64,000 nucleotides of DNA from Anthoceros angustus (lineage: Eukaryota > Plantae > Anthocerotophyta): assembly GCA_010909165.1 (NCBI GenBank), contig VJWM01000253.1, positions 124,001 through 188,000 of the forward strand. Reading direction: 5' to 3'. The notes beneath the pieces are model-generated. The model was not told where the DNA came from, ran no database searches, and saw only the letters and a program-made list of their open reading frames with translations. Shown piece by piece: positions 35,030-47,200 of this stretch (position 1 is its first letter; each line of letters begins with the position of its first letter). Position numbers and translations under genes: made by a program.

Positions 35030-35954
35030 TTTAGAAAATCACCTGCTGTGGAGCTTGGCTCTGGGCTTCTTCCCTCCCTATGAGGAGAGGACCGCCCGGG
35101 TAGGCTACCGCTAGTGGCCCCTCACTGGCAACAAGGCCTCGCCGCTCTTCACGGCCTCCTCCGCCTGCTCACGCATCACCGGCCAGGGTAAGCACTGGGC
35201 CATCAATGTGGACAGGGAGTTGGGCGCTTGTTCTCTTTCGCTTGCCTGCCCCACTGTCGATCGGGCTGGTCGAGTCCCCGAGCACTGGCCACCGGGTGCC
35301 ATACTGGCACCAACTCCATTCCCATCGAGCTTTGCCATCGGGACTGGCCTGCTGAGGGTCCGGAGGAGGGAAGCAGAATTTCTTCCCATACTCCTTGGTG
35401 AGGGGGTCCGCTCGCATTTAATGGCATCTAGGATGCTCTCCCAGTCCTCTTCCTCCTGGGCACATCGTGCTTGGCCAAGGCTGGCCCTAGTCTCGCGCTT
35501 CTCCCACTCCCTCCCAGAGGGGTGGCCAGCCTCGGAGGCCTGCCCTCCTCTCCCTCCCTTCAAGAGATTGAGGTGTCCCTGCACACGCGAAAGAGGATAG
35601 TGCGAAGGAGGAGCCGCCGTGCAGCCTCCTCGCCTCCCGAGCTATCCGGCGAGGATAATTGGCCCTGGCTACCCCTTGCCCTCCTGGAGGCGGAAGACCA
35701 GCAGGTTATCTCCTAGGTGGTCCACCTTGGGAGCATGCCCAGTGCACGATGATCTCGCAACGCCCTCACCCCGGGTCCACAAGAGGTCCCACATCAACCA
35801 GCCCATTGGAGGATCTCTGCCCGGCTTCCGGGCGGCCACCTTGGCCACTTCCACCTTTTCCTTCACCTTTCAGGGGCCCGTACCACGCACCCAACTTCTT
35901 CACCGGGCGATTGTAAACCCCAAAGGACCTCCACCGTCCATCTCCTCGGGTCCT
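35030..35954 (-). mobile_element. Family C copy 1, 3' continuation of the ORF after the copia insertion (inverted)
   Basis: After the copia 3' LTR and AGGAC, the minus strand reads DPRRWTVEV...YNRPVKKLG...KVDHLGDNLLVF, continuing the ORF that breaks at 25648. Confidence 0.8.
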
Positions 35955-37356
35955 TGGGAAAAGTTTCATATATACTCATGTTTTCATTCCGGTCTAAGAA
36001 TTGATTACATGTTGAGTGTCTGCCGGGTTCTGTGTCTGCAATGAGGTGCTATGCAAACAAAAGCTTGGGTGTATATGGTTGATGCCTCTTGGATGTAGAG
36101 TGTGTGACTGGGTTCAAATGGCGGTCTTGGTACCTCACTCATTACTCCCGCCTCACCTCCCAGTAATCCATCCTTGTACTTGATGTGGGATCAGATGGAC
36201 TCCTGAAGTTTGCGAGGCCTAAGGTAGAGGTGAGTGTTTCGTGCCTGGCTTTGCCTAGCGACTTAGTGAGGAGGTCATCAAGATTGACTGTAGGAACATG
36301 GTGTGGGAGCGAATGTGCTCTAGTCGCGTCGCCTGTGACAAAGTGATAAGCAACTTCTATATGCTTTGTCCTAGCATGGAATCTATCACCCTTGGTTAAG
36401 GCAATGGCTAGAGTGCTATCACAATGCAGGACAGTAGGATTTGCTTGTGGGTAGCCAAGGTCTTCAAGGATTTGCCTGCAGTGTACGATTTCTTTTCCAG
36501 CCTTGGATAAGGCTCCATATTCACTTTCGGCGCTTGATGTGGAAATCGTGGCAAGCTTCTTGCTTGACCATAATACGGCTGATCCTCCCAAGGTGAAGAC
36601 ATAGGCCGCAACGCTTCGACGAGAGTATCGGCCTGGATGCCCCCGCACTGCATCAGCCACTCAAAGTTAAGCACTCCATTACTTGACCTCTTGTAGGTGA
36701 TTCCAAGATAAGTCGTACCCTTCAGATAACGGTAGATTCGCTTCACACACATCCAAAGCAGCTCGCCTGTGATTAGACATGAACTGTGCTACACTAGATG
36801 CAGCATGGGAAATGTCAGAGCGTGGTCCAAATTGGAAGATAGATGATAATGATCTAAGATAAGGCACCTTGGCCATGTCCTCCTTTTCTACTTCTGGGCC
36901 AGGGGCAATCCAAGGTGAGCTTGACCGCCAGAAGCGTGTTGGACCAGGCCGAGCATCTGAGAGCTTGAACTTATCTAAAATTTCAAGAACGTACTTCGAC
37001 TGGAGCAGAGACAGTGTGCCTGCCTCTCTGTCTCGACGGATTTGTACTCCGAGACAGTACTCCAAGGGTCCTAAGTCCCTCATCTTAAACCTGGCAGCGA
37101 GCATTTCCTTCACATCAACAAGCATCTTCTTTGGATCATTTGTGAACAGAATGCAATCGTCTACATATAAGGCCAGTGCCAAGAACTTGTCTCCCCTTCG
37201 CAGCAAGTATAAGTTCTGGTCTGCTAAGGTCTGGACAAAGCCGAATTGGATGAGGTGACCGTCAATCAGCACATAAAATTCATCTGGTGCTTGCCTCATT
37301 TGGAAACCATTGCTTTGCTTAAACGGGGCGGACATAGATTCATTTCTGCGTTAGCC
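35955..37356 (-). mobile_element. Ty1/copia 3' half (RT C-terminal part, RNase H, PPT 36145-36161, 3' LTR 35955-36144), inverted
   Basis: LALALYVDDCI, MRDLGPLEYCLGVQI, AVLWSSKKL...SSAESEYGAL...CDSTLAIAL...HARTKHIEVAYHFV. PPT GGGAGGTGAGGCGGGAG. The LTR matches 25649-25844. Confidence 0.93.
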
Positions 37357-37360
37357 TCGT

Positions 37361-37950
37361 GAAAGTATGGAAGCCGCCAAGGTGGCGCTTTTGAGGCCGG
37401 GGATGCAGCGGTCCTCGAATGGGTGGCTGATGTCGGACCTATTGGACCAACGGGTGAGAGCGGTGGCGAAAGTCATCGTGCATTGGAACATGCTCACCAA
37501 GGTGGACCACCTTGGTGACAATTTGCTGGTGTTCCTCCACGCCCTGCAGCGGGGGAAAAGAGCGGATTGGGGAAGGATCATCTTCGCCCGGATCAACCAG
37601 AGGCATCAGAAGGCGCAATGGAAGTCACCTCGCCGCTGTTGTCGCCATTGTCCACGTGGGAACACCTCAACCTCAAGGAAGGGAGAAGAAGAGCGAGCGC
37701 CAGAAATGGCTGGTAACCCCGCTTGACTCGGAGCAAGAGGCGAGGGCCCAAACCGTAAGGATGTACCCAGCCTCAAGCCACCTGTGGGAGGAGAGGACCT
37801 GAAGGTATTCCTGACTCCATACCTGGAGGGACTTCCGCCTGGAAGTATGGGAAGAAATTCCCGCCTCCTCTAGTCCCTCACTAAACACCCGCACGGGAGG
37901 CAACTACGACAAGGAGAGAGCTGGTGGTCGCGTGTGGAGTGCTTTTCAAC
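37361..37950 (+). pseudogene. Family C copy 2, 3' continuation of the conserved ORF
   Basis: MEAAKVALLRPG...GWLMSDLL...KVDHLGDNLLVFLHALQRGKRADWGRIIFARI, homologous to the minus-strand peptide at 35660-35870. Confidence 0.75.
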
Positions 37951-39535
37951 TATGGGTCACAAAGAGGCCACATTTACCCTCTTTATCGTTGTAGACTTGA
38001 GATTCGTACTAAGGGAGTGATTTCGTGTCAAGACAACCAAAACATAGCCAATCCAACCAAACACGACACACCAAACATCTAGCGCACACTGTGCTACTAC
38101 CTAACAACACTCGGACTGTGCTATCTTAGCCACGCGACCTCGATACCAGAACGGATGTAATCTTGCTAACTTAGCAACCCTCTATTTCTAGCAGAGGGGG
38201 TCCACCTTGGGATCAGTCGCTATTAATAGAAGGGACCCACCGGGGATCCAAGTGGATAAGGCTGACTCTCTCTCTCTCTCTCTACTCATCCACAAAGTTA
38301 GATCCACCAATCGATTACCGCCTCATAACCCCCTCCTCTCACTCTTGCAAGACTTCTTCGACTTCCTTGCTCCTCCCGCCTTCCAGCTCACCTTCCAACC
38401 CCATACCAACCTCTGTCCTCACACTCTCCAAGTTCCCCAAAGAACTCTCTTCAACTCCTTGTTCTCACTCACCGCCCCATCCCCCACTCTCCACTCCCGC
38501 CCCATAAGGTTTCTCATCCACCCTTACACTTCACCAACTCTCAAAATACTTGTTCATCTCCCGCAATCATTCCGTCTCATCCACGGATCTTCAACCTCCA
38601 CGCCTCTTCTTCAAGAACACAAACATCACTTACAGCATTCTCCAGCCTTCTTACTCCTCTCAAACAGCCAATCAAGAACTCTCCATGTCCAAAGATTCTC
38701 CACTTCTCTCATGCTCACTTTTCCCTCATTTTCCAAACACACAAGCCCACTGTGCCCCAACTCACTCTCCCTTCCTCCTTCCACACACAGGCTCCGCCTT
38801 TGTCTTCTCTCGACCTTCGACACTGAAAACTTAAACACAAGGTGAGTACTAGACAAACCGCAGAGAATGAGTAAAGGAGGGACAGCTCCCGCTCCCGACT
38901 TCCTCTTGACCTTGAGGACTCCCTCCAAGGAGATCACAAGGCTCCCTTCCCTTGCTTTCCACCACTTGGATCCGCCACATGATCCGGGCAACTTGGTAGT
39001 CTTCTCCCCTCGAGTGAGGAACAAAGGTTTAGGCTTACAAAGACCGGATCCGAACCTCCCAAACCCCGTGCACCCCAAACACCGAGACTTAGGCCAACAT
39101 TGCTTACATTTCATCAAGAGGGCTCCTTATACCCAAGATCACAAAGTTTTGGTCGCTGCCAAAAATACCAATCCTTAGCCTACCAATCCTAGAGGCCTAT
39201 CTATTATCGCCCACTATGAGAGAGGATAAGATTTATATAACACATGGGCCTTTAGCTATTTCAGGCCACTTACCCCTATTACCTCCCGGGCCTCCTAGGC
39301 CGCCTAGCCCCATGTTCTCCTCTTGCTCTCCTCCCTCTGGTTGGGCAATCTCTCCCATAAAATCTCCACCTCCTCGAGCTGGACTCCTCTCTCTGTGCTC
39401 AGCAGTCCTGCACTCCTATGAGCTCTTGAATCGGATGGGTCGGCCGAGAGTTTCCTCCTTAAGAATCCAACCCATAGGTAGGATCCAGTCTGCCAAGGCA
39501 TGGATCAAGTACCTCCATGTCCCCCCGTGCCCACA
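37951..39535 (-). mobile_element. LTR family A variant (A2), about 1.6 kb
   Basis: Reverse complement of about 33355-35025. Flanks TCAAC and ACAAC give only a 4/5 TSD match. Confidence 0.7.
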
Positions 39536-40736
39536 ACAACATAAACTTTCGGAGACAATCTTCCACCCAAGGAGAATCCAGCACATGGTTATCTTGATAA
39601 GCATCCTCAATCTAATGCACCATTGGGAAGTTAGACTTTAGGCGGCGCCTCGGCCTGCTTTGTCCTCCTCCCGGTCTGCCCCTTCTTCCTTGTCCTGTCT
39701 GAGCCCGTGTCCCTTAGCAACCGAGTTGTTGCTTAGCATGCTTGCGGTTGCTTGCTTAGCAACCTCCTCTGCTGCTAACTCAAGAATGATTCTTCCATGG
39801 AGGCTCCGATCTTCCACTTGGCTCTCCTTGCAATCCCGGCCCTCTTGGCCTCTTTCCAACCTTTCCTTGCCTCGTCCCTCTCCTTCTTGTAGCGCCAACA
39901 GGGCATCCGGGTTTCGCCTCGAACATGATCCGAGATGACATTCTCGCAGCCTCCCTATGGTGCTTTGGCGTCCGAGAGCGAACCATGAGGGTTTCCCGAT
40001 CCTTGGTCGCAACTCTTCCTGACCTTCCTTAATTCCGCCCATGCTACCTAGGCGCCCCTCCAAGACCTCCTTCCCCGCTCATCTCGAGCCCTTTAGCCCC
40101 TGCTCCAGAGACCGATCTGGACTTGAAACCTGGGACGTGCCCGAAGTGTTTTTTTTTTTGTTTTTTGGGATCCGTGGTGTGAAAATAAGTCGGGTTGGTA
40201 GTAGGCGAGGTATTTATAGAAGAAATGCCCTTGGCCTATGGATTCTTTTCTTGTTTTGATTTTTAAGTTAGAAAATAAATGGTCCGGAATTTGGTGTTCC
40301 TTGGCCCATGGACTGGAATGTTCCCTAAAAAGTCTATATATGTGAGATAGGGGTTGGAATAATTAGAGTGTGATAGGTCTATAAGTTGGGGTTGACAGCC
40401 AGAGTGAATGAGTGTGGGGGTTGTGGATTGGGGAAAGCAGAGTTTAACAGAGTAGGGGAACCCGGGAAACTTAACCCTAGGAATGATGTAATCCCGCTCA
40501 AACAACGGAGCGCAACGGCGGGCCGGACGGAGCGAGCAGCGGAGCGCGACGACGGCGCCGGTCGAGGAGCGGTCCGGGGCACCGTGATCGCAGGAGGGCG
40601 AGGCGCAACGACGGGAGCTCAACCCCGCTGCCGATATCGCGAGGCGCGACGCAGAGGAGGAAGGCGGCGCCGCGCCCGGGCCGAGGAGGTAGGAACTCGA
40701 GACCGACCCCCGTGAAATTCGCAGCGAGGTGGCGCG

Positions 40737-42080
40737 GTGGCGCGAGACCGTGAAGACCGTGAGAGGGATGGCGCCAAGGTCACCACCGAAATTGTGCTTG
40801 CCCAATGGCCGAACATGGATCATTGGAAAGTTCGAGGGGAGCTGAAGGAGCCGGGTTTCATGGAAGAGCGGTGGAATTACATGAACTGGACTGCAGGAGC
40901 GCGCACACGGACAAATACCAAAGGGGATTTAGAGCGAAGCAGGATTGGGACCGGAGGTTAGAAGGGTGGGGCGGGCAAGGAGGAGGCGGGCGGTTGGTGA
41001 TGGAGCCGCCCGAAAAGAAGCACGGCAATAGCAGCACCGCCCGTTAAAGCGGCGACTCGAACCCAACGGGCCGGATTGGGACGGGCAATGCAGCTTGATG
41101 GGTCCGCGCTTCTATGTTTCGCAGCAAGCGGATTATTTGTCCGACCACTGCGCCGCCTTCATGAAGTGGTCAAGGGGCGAAGATCGAAGCAATTCTCTTG
41201 TTGTGTGAAGAGAGGTTGAACTTGATTTCCTCTCGCCTCTCTAATCTCACCATTTCGTCCATCTTTATGTTTACGCTAACCCGCTGAGGTGGAGATTGTA
41301 GCCTCCTCCACATGTGGAAGCCGCTTAGGGAGGTGAATGGAAGGCGGAGGAGCCCAAGGAGGAAAAATCGGATAGCCGGGAGTCGGTCAGGGCCTGGAGG
41401 AGGAGAAGGAAATTCCCACCAAAGAAAAGGAGGAAGACCGGGGTGAAAGGCGGGCATCAAAAAAAGGTGAAGGCGGATGCGCGCGGCCACTGTCGAAAAC
41501 GCCAAGGCTAGTAAAATGAAAGCCAAACGGCAGCTTGGAGGTGGCAAGAGGAGGCGCGATCCGAGGACAATTTTCGACCGGATGCGATGAATCAACCTGA
41601 GGGTTTAGGGTGACCTCGGGACCCTCCTCAAAGATGGGAAGAGATTTTCAAGGGACTCCACCGCAACAGAGGTGGATGCAACCGAATTGGTGAGGGTGCG
41701 CACTCCGGGAGGAAAGTTCTCGACAGAGGGATGGCGTCGCGGGCCGCCACAACAAGTGGACTTGGAGTGACCACGCCGATGATCCGCCCAAGGGATTTGT
41801 TGGATCTGCTTTAGCTCACCGCCTGGGCAGCGACGGAGGAAGTGGTGAAGGCGTTTGTTTAAGAGGAGGCGCAAGCAATCGGAGGAAGACAAGCGGAACC
41901 TAGAGGAAATAAGGGCCAAGATTCAAGAAGATTTGTGGCAGGCCTGTGAGAAGTTGCAAGCCATGACGAGCTGCAGGAAGCACTCATGGCTCAAATTAAG
42001 GATGCCCACGAGACGAACCAGGAGATGCGGGAGTTGTTGCAGCCCAGGCGTGAAGCGGCCTCGGGAAAAGGCCCATAAGT
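40737..42080 (+). pseudogene. Frameshifted ORF inside the 5' LTR (globular N-terminal part, charged linker, coiled coil)
   Basis: EIVLAQWPNMDHW...FMEERWNY; DYLSDH...LHEVVKG-KI; KRRRKQSEEDKRNLEEIRAKIQEDLWQACEKLQAM. A second copy lies at about 50260-51600 in the 3' LTR. Confidence 0.65.
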
Positions 42081-44209
42081 GAGCGATATAAGCGGAGCGG
42101 ATGAGGCACGTGGCCGGGCCGTAAAAGACAAAGGGAAGGGAAGCGGGTAGCAGGACCACGATCGAGTAGCGGAAGGCCTACCGAGCGGAAGGAAGCGAAC
42201 CGAGGTAGCCGAAACCTCACCTGTCGAACGAACGACGGCCGTGGAGTCCACTACTCAGAAACGAAACCGCCACCGACATTGGCGCAACCAACCCGGAAGC
42301 AGGGCGGGCGAGGTGCGACGTGGCGCCGAGGACATAGGCCGTGCAACTGTGTAGCCTACGGGAGGAGGGGTAAGCACCTCACCGCAGCAGGGGTCCTATT
42401 ATTACGGCACATGGATGAGGAAACTTATGTGCCTCGGTCTATATGTGAATGGAGAACGCGTGCTTAACCTCACCGCCCATGTGCGTGTGGAAATAGGAGG
42501 GACTGGCCTACCATCGCAAGTGAGGACCCGGTGCATACTTCTACCACCGCGCTGTGGGGTTGGCTCCTATTATGCGGAGGCGACTTTGGAGGAGTTGAGC
42601 GAGGAGGAGGTCCAGCTTGGGTCGAGGAACCAATAATCCTCGAATAGGCGGCCGGAAGATGGAAGCCCAGGCGGTGGTACACCTCAAATTCGACGCCCAG
42701 CAGCGATGTGAGGTGGAAGTAGTGGGAGAACCCGTCCGACCAGTGGCGTGAGAGCTCGGCGGCAGCAATGGAGGACGAGGCCGACGGCCAAGTCGAGGTA
42801 GGGCGCAGATAGCGAGGGGTGAGGTGGTAGCAACCTAAAGATAATTTGGTTAGGATGTCATCGACCTAGGATCGCCCGAAGTGTGGCCCTTCTGATAGCC
42901 ATCTTAGGACCTAAAATCCGGGTGGTGCCCACCGATGTATAAGAGGCGAATTAGGTCCCTCACGATAACTCGTTGAGATCCCCACGCCTGTGGCTGGTTG
43001 GAGACGTCCGAGATGAGGTGGTGTGCGCGAGACGCCCTAGGGTGGTCGAGAGCTTGCTCCGCAGGGAGGAGGGGTGATAAAGCAATCTTGCCGACAAAGG
43101 AGGAGGAAACCAAGGGATTGGCGCGGGCGGTCCGGAGCTTGCTCAACGCCGGACGCCCGGGGTTCTTCTTTCCTTCACACTTGTCCCCGCTAGTTGTGTT
43201 CAAAGAGAGGTGAGTGGATGGTTGGAAGCTCGAATTGAGGGAGAGAGAGAGAGGAGAAGATTGGGTGAAGGAGTGACTAAACATCAGACGATGCGAGGTG
43301 TGAGAGGAGTTGAGAAGGGAACTAATTGAGGCTAGCGGAGATTTGTGTGAATCCAAAAGAAACCAAACCGGGTCCGGTGGAAGCGCAAAAACAACGCCCT
43401 TGTAAAATTGTGAGTGTGGCGCCTTTGTGTGTGTGGAGTGAGGAGGTGGAATTTAGGTCCCTAGGAATGTGTGTGTTGAAGTGGAGTGCAGAATAAAGCC
43501 GATCCGCGCTGACGCCCGTGGTGGGATCCGCGGCGCCGCGGCGCCGAAATAAGTCGCTAGGGTTTGGTGTGGGACCCACCTCGGTGGAAGCACCCAGTGG
43601 TGAGAGCCACCGCTCGTGGAATAAGACGGTCGTGGAATAAGAGCCGTGGTAGCTAGACAAGTCGGGGGTAGTAGTGGTTGAGTAGATAGGTAAGAGGAGT
43701 AATAGCAAGTAAGTCTTGACTTAGGTGAAGGTCGAGATAGAAGTTAGCGCCTTGGCACAAACCATTCCCTTGGGAGCGAATCCTAAGCCTACAACGACAT
43801 TGAGGGTGAATGTGGACCTCACGGTGTCCCCGGACACGAATCCACACTCCACATTTTGGCGCCTGCCGGGAATGGAATCCAAGGACGAGGAGACTAACCA
43901 TAGCTAAGTAGAGTCTAGCATTACTAGATTGATGATGGATGCCTCGGTGGAGACAAGCGATTCGATCCGACTGGGGAAACGCTCGCAAGACGGCAACGCC
44001 AAGCAGGAAAGATTGCAGAGAGTTACGAGGAGAGCACGGGCGAGATCACACTTGGACGAGGAAGAGGGGGTGGAGTCAACTCGAGTTGGGATCGGATCTT
44101 ATCGGATTGGATTCCCAACTCGAAGCGTACAAGGGCCGTACCCGATTCCACCTTGTCTTTTGATCTCGCTCCCGGTGCAACAGTCCAACTGTGAATGTAG
44201 GTCCCGCAT

Positions 44210-47200
44210 TTAGTGGCCGGCCAACTACCGCAGCTGCTGAAAGTACTACCCGTAGTTATGGCGATCTGCCTTACTAAGCAATCTTACCCGCTGTACGGAG
44301 AAAAGAAGGGCCATGAGGATCCCGACGAGTTTGTCGAGCGCTTTGAGCTTGACGCCACAACCGTGAGGATGCGATCGTGCCCAGCTTTTTTATGGAGTCT
44401 TACGGAGCGGCCAAGTGGTACAAGCGGGAGTACATAGCTTCCGCCACACCCCTACTTTTGGGGCCTTGAAGAGAGCTTTTGTGAAAGATCAGAGGGGTCG
44501 ATGTGGAAGGATATGTCTTGTCCAAACTCGAGGGAGGGAGAGGGAAGAAGGAGACACAGCTTATGTGGAAAGGTTCCACACCCACGGATCGGGCCGGTCC
44601 GCACGAGCTAATGGCCATTCACGGTTTGCAAGAGGATTGGGGAGATGGGAAGGCACGTGCCTCCGGAGAAAAGATTTGGATCGACAAAGTCGCTCGAACT
44701 ATGAGGAGTCCAACGCGGAAGAGAAGAAGAACTAACAAACTAAGGACAAAAAGAAATACAAAAGAAGAAGAAGTACTATTCGCCTCCGATGAGCTCATGG
44801 AGGAGGATAGTTTCTTCAACCGACTCCTCGGGTAGCTCCACCAAGAGGAGACCACGAGGATTCGGAGGAGAATTCGTAAGGTGAGCGCAATCAAGGGATA
44901 GAAGGAAGAAGGGAAAAATGATCGGAAACACGACGTGCAAAAGGGAAGGAGCCGCTATATGCACGAAAGGACGCGGAGTGTGAGAAGAGAGGTGGAAACA
45001 AAAGTGGAGCAACAAGGAACAAGATGGAAATGATGGTCAAACCGAGAAACTCCATCTTAATGCCATCAAGGACCATGATAGAAGAAGGGTTACGGAGCGG
45101 CGAATCTCTTCGCTCAACTTGTGGATGCAGGGCACTCGAGGTCGAATGCCCACAAACAAAAGTGCAACCAGCTACGAGGAAGAGGATGAGGAGATGTGCT
45201 TGGAAGATACATACCAAATTCAAGAGGCAACACCGATCTCGGTACCAAAACTTTGTACTTTTGCGAAACCCCATGTGCATGGGCATTCGCAATCGATGGC
45301 AAGGAACCCCGGGCAAATGAGTGCCGTTGTTACAATTGCCGAGGGTTCGCATCTTGCTGCTGGATGCCCCTCCGCATCTCGCCGGGAATGGTGATTTTGA
45401 AAGGTGTGTGGACAAGCAATCGTCACGTAGCCGGCAGTCCCTCCCGACACCAAAAACAGTGAGGATCGCTCAACCTCTTACTGACCCACCCCCGCAAAGA
45501 AAGCCTGCCGCAATGCAAGTCAAGATGCTCAGTGGGAGGATTCCGAGGCGCACCGAGGAGCGGAAGGGTTGGATGGTGGTATTACGGACTGATTCGCTCG
45601 ACGAGCACGAGAGGAAGGACAAAGAAGGGGAGCGAGGAAAAAGGAAGAAGAACGGAGTGGAGCTTCCATAACGTCCGCAAGTGAGGAGGAAGAGGCGTTC
45701 ATCAAAGCGGGAAGGAAGAGAAGTCCAACCACAAAAGGCGACGAGGGACTCGGTATGGAGTCGAAAAAGGGGCATGCGAATCCGGACGGGAGCAAGGCAC
45801 GAACGCCACACTTAACGCGAGCGATTTCGGATGGCATCGTGTAACTTTAGCCGAGACCGCTGGATTCGAGGGTGAAGTGCAAAACGAGGACACGGACGGC
45901 GGGGACTCGAGTCGACATGGGGCGAAAAACCCGCAAGAGGGGGATGAGTCGCTCCCGTGTCGTGGAAGGTTATGGATATGATCCGACAAGAATCGAAGAC
46001 TGACAGATTTTGGCCATCCCCGACCCACCCACCCGGCCTGTTTTCAACGACCAACATCTCAAAGACATTGAAAATGACGGTGGGGTTGGCAAGGAGAAAA
46101 GTAGCACACAGTGTTCCTTTCAATTTGGCGACGCTATCATGGACCAAAAGTTCATGATAACGCTCGACAGCCTCGTGGACAATCCGCGTACCGCCAAAGA
46201 ACTGGGGCATTGAAGGCGGCACAACCCAAGAAGAGAGAACCTTTCCACCCCAAGGCAAAACCCCTCTGTGAATATGGTGGCCATGATGGACTGTGTCTGT
46301 GAGCTGAGAGAAATTATGGATGTGTAATCAAGAAGGTGCTAGATTAGAGTGGGTCAACATCATGACAGAGGAGACCGCCTAAGCTTGGGTTGCGATAGAA
46401 CATACATCAAAGGTGTTGCGCGGACATGTCCAAAATGGCGCTAGGGGAGTTGACGGAGTCCTAACCCATATTGGTACCATTCCGCACTCATGGACTACGT
46501 GGTCATTAAACAAAAAGCTGTGGTATGAGGTTCTCATTGACGAACATGGATGTATGGGGCACGTTGCACCTTCAAATGGGCAAGAAAGGAAGTGGGATTC
46601 AAACCTCGACGGGACCCCAAAATTAAGGAGGAAGGATATGTTTGACTTGGAGGAGATACATGGGAGAGACACCCACAAACGGAGGGATACACCTCTCAAG
46701 ATACCTGGGAGGATGAGAAGGAGAAATTCCCATTCGCATATTTCGTGGTCGATGAAGAGGACGACACGGAGAGATATTCCCATTCCATCAACCTATTAGG
46801 GTGCTATGGAGTCACAATTGACAACCCGGTGGTCGGAGAGAAGAGAGGTCGAGGAACAAGAAGTAGAGGTGAGCCGGAGCGACGATCTGGACAAACGGAG
46901 GGTGCGAGGAGGTCTCACGCTTTACCTCGACGACCTATTCCGGAATGGGGAATGCGCCAAGGAGAACCAAGACAGAGGAGGAAGGGTTCGCATCACATCC
47001 GCGGAGAGAGAGTGGCATGACGGATGAGGTCAAGGATGTGGAAGTGTTGCGCAAGGTCCTTAAGTTTTCGAAGGATGAATGCAGACTTGGAAAGGGGTAT
47101 GAAACAATTGCATGGAATTTATCCACGTTTTGCTTTTGACGTTCTGACATGAAGGGTATACCGAGGGAGTGGGGAGCACAAGATTGATCTCGAGCCGGTG

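Noticed and set aside
33005-39535. DIRS-like element suggested by LTR copies in inverted orientation
   Set aside because: No tyrosine recombinase or DIRS-type RT was seen. The opposite orientation of the repeats is fully explained by the inversion.
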